Program-made: the position numbers and the translations under genes
NCBI RefSeq assembly: GCF_020745735.1
Contig: NC_083412.1
Location: 59,238,320-59,302,319, forward strand
Direction of reading: 5' to 3'
Origin: Hemiscyllium ocellatum
Lineage: Eukaryota
DNA length: 64,000 nt
Notes under the pieces: model-generated
Database searches by the model: none
What the model saw: only the letters and a program-made list of their open reading frames with translations
Told to the model about the DNA's origin: nothing
Part shown: piece after piece, positions 62,827 to 64,000 of the stretch
How positions within the stretch are numbered: position 1 is the first letter of the stretch
Layout: every line of letters begins with the position of its first letter

Positions 62827-63441
62827 AGTTGTGTGTGGGAGTCCAAGGAGTCAAGAGAGGTGCTAAATGAATATTTTTTTGTCTGTGTTCACACAGAAAA
62901 AATACAATGTTGTCAAGGAGAATGCTGAGATACTGGGTATTAGACTATACAGGATTGAGGTTCATAAGGAGGTGTTAGCAATTCTGAAAAGTGTGAAAAC
63001 AGTTAAATCCTCTGGGCTGGATGTGATTTATCTTAGGATTCTCTGGAAACGTAGGGAGGCAATTGTAGATGCTTTGGATTTGATCCTTATATCGTCGTTG
63101 TCTACAGGAATAGTGCCAGAAGACTGGAGGATAGCAAATGTTGTTCCCTTGTACAAGGAGGGAGTTGGGACAATCCTGGTAATTATAAACCAGTGAGCCG
63201 TACTTCAGTTGTGGGTAAAGTGTTGGAAAAGATTATAATCATCTAAACAAGGAATAAGTCGATTAGGAATAGTCAACACGGTTTTGTGAAGGGTAGGTCA
63301 TGCCTCACAGAACCTTATTCAGTTCTTTGAGAAGGTGACCAAACAGGTGGATGAGGGTAAAGCATTGATGTGGTGTATATGGATTTCAGTAAAGCGTTTG
63401 ATAAGGTTCCCCATGGTAGGCTATTGCAGAAAATACGGAGG

Positions 63442-63614
63442 AAGTGAGGACTGCAGATGCTGGAGATCAGAGCTGAAAAATGTGTTGCTGGAAAAGTGCA
63501 GCAGGTCAAGCAGCATCAAAGGATGCTGGGAAAACGCAGCAGGTCAGGCAGCATCAAAACATCCTTTGATGCTGCCTGACCTGTTGTGCTTTTCCAGCAA
63601 CACATTTTTCAGCT
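63442..63614 (-). mobile_element. Penelope-type inverted-repeat cassette without a hammerhead core
   Basis: Arms 63470-63525 and 63560-63615. 15-bp TSD CAGAAAATACGGAGG at 63427-63441 and 63615-63629. Confidence 0.85.
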
Positions 63615-64000
63615 CAGAAAATACGGAGGCATGGGATCGAGGGTGATTTAGCTGTTTGGATCAAAACTTGGCTAGCTGATAGAGGCAGAGGGTGGTGGTT
63701 GATGGGAAATGTTCATCCTGGAGTTCGGTTACTAGAGGTGTACTGCAAGGATCTGATTTGGGTGCACTGCTGTTTGTCATTTTTATAAATGACCTGGATG
63801 AGAGCGTAGAAGGAGGGTTAGTAAATTTGCGAATGACACTAAGGTCAGTGGAGTTATGGATAGTGCAGAAAGATGTTGCTGGCTATAGAGGGACATAGAT
63901 AAGCTGCAGAACTGGGTTGAGAGGTGGCAAATGGAGTTTATTGTGGAAAAATGGTGAGATGATTCACTTTGGAAGGATCAACAGGAATACAGGGCTAAGT

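Larger units (their letters stand above)
62520..64000 (+). mobile_element. CR1 LINE ORF2, running off the window end, with two Penelope-type insertions
   Basis: NPKAFYRY, KSSGLD, PEDWRIANVVPLYK, SQHGFVKG and [11 protein letters not shown]. Confidence 0.9.

Noticed and set aside
1-64000. tRNA genes, CRISPR arrays, rRNA
   Set aside because: The tRNA-like A/B boxes are all SINE heads. There is no regularly spaced repeat-spacer array and no rRNA-like sequence.

Overview
Vertebrate genomic DNA from a cartilaginous fish. The HE1-like SINEs with (ATCTA)n tails and the CR1 subfamilies suggest a bamboo or epaulette-type shark; this is recalled family knowledge, not a database result. The only protein-coding gene I can support is the 3' part of IGSF3 (EWI family) on the + strand: three phase 1-1 V-set Ig exons (3860-4267, 14794-15204, 20187-20609) and a terminal transmembrane/cytoplasmic exon (31048-31298), followed by a repeat-poor probable 3' UTR. 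Most other interpretable sequence is transposable element: many CR1 LINEs, three decayed Gypsy relics, HE1/V-SINEs, Penelope-type fragments with hammerhead-ribozyme motifs, RTE, L2 and Tx1/L1 fragments, and a GC-rich pogo/Tigger-like non-autonomous DNA element. I found no tRNA, rRNA, CRISPR array or RSS cassette. The best second-look signals are (i) two sister CR1 copies sharing a 90-bp 3' flank, a probable 3' transduction, (ii) two Penelope-type inverted-repeat cassettes with long TSDs, one encoding a reconstructable hammerhead, and (iii) a four-layer nested TE stack at 49.4-58.6 kb. I see no direct evidence of a new protein-based system. Most repeat boundaries are approximate (tens of bp) unless a TSD or TIR is quoted.
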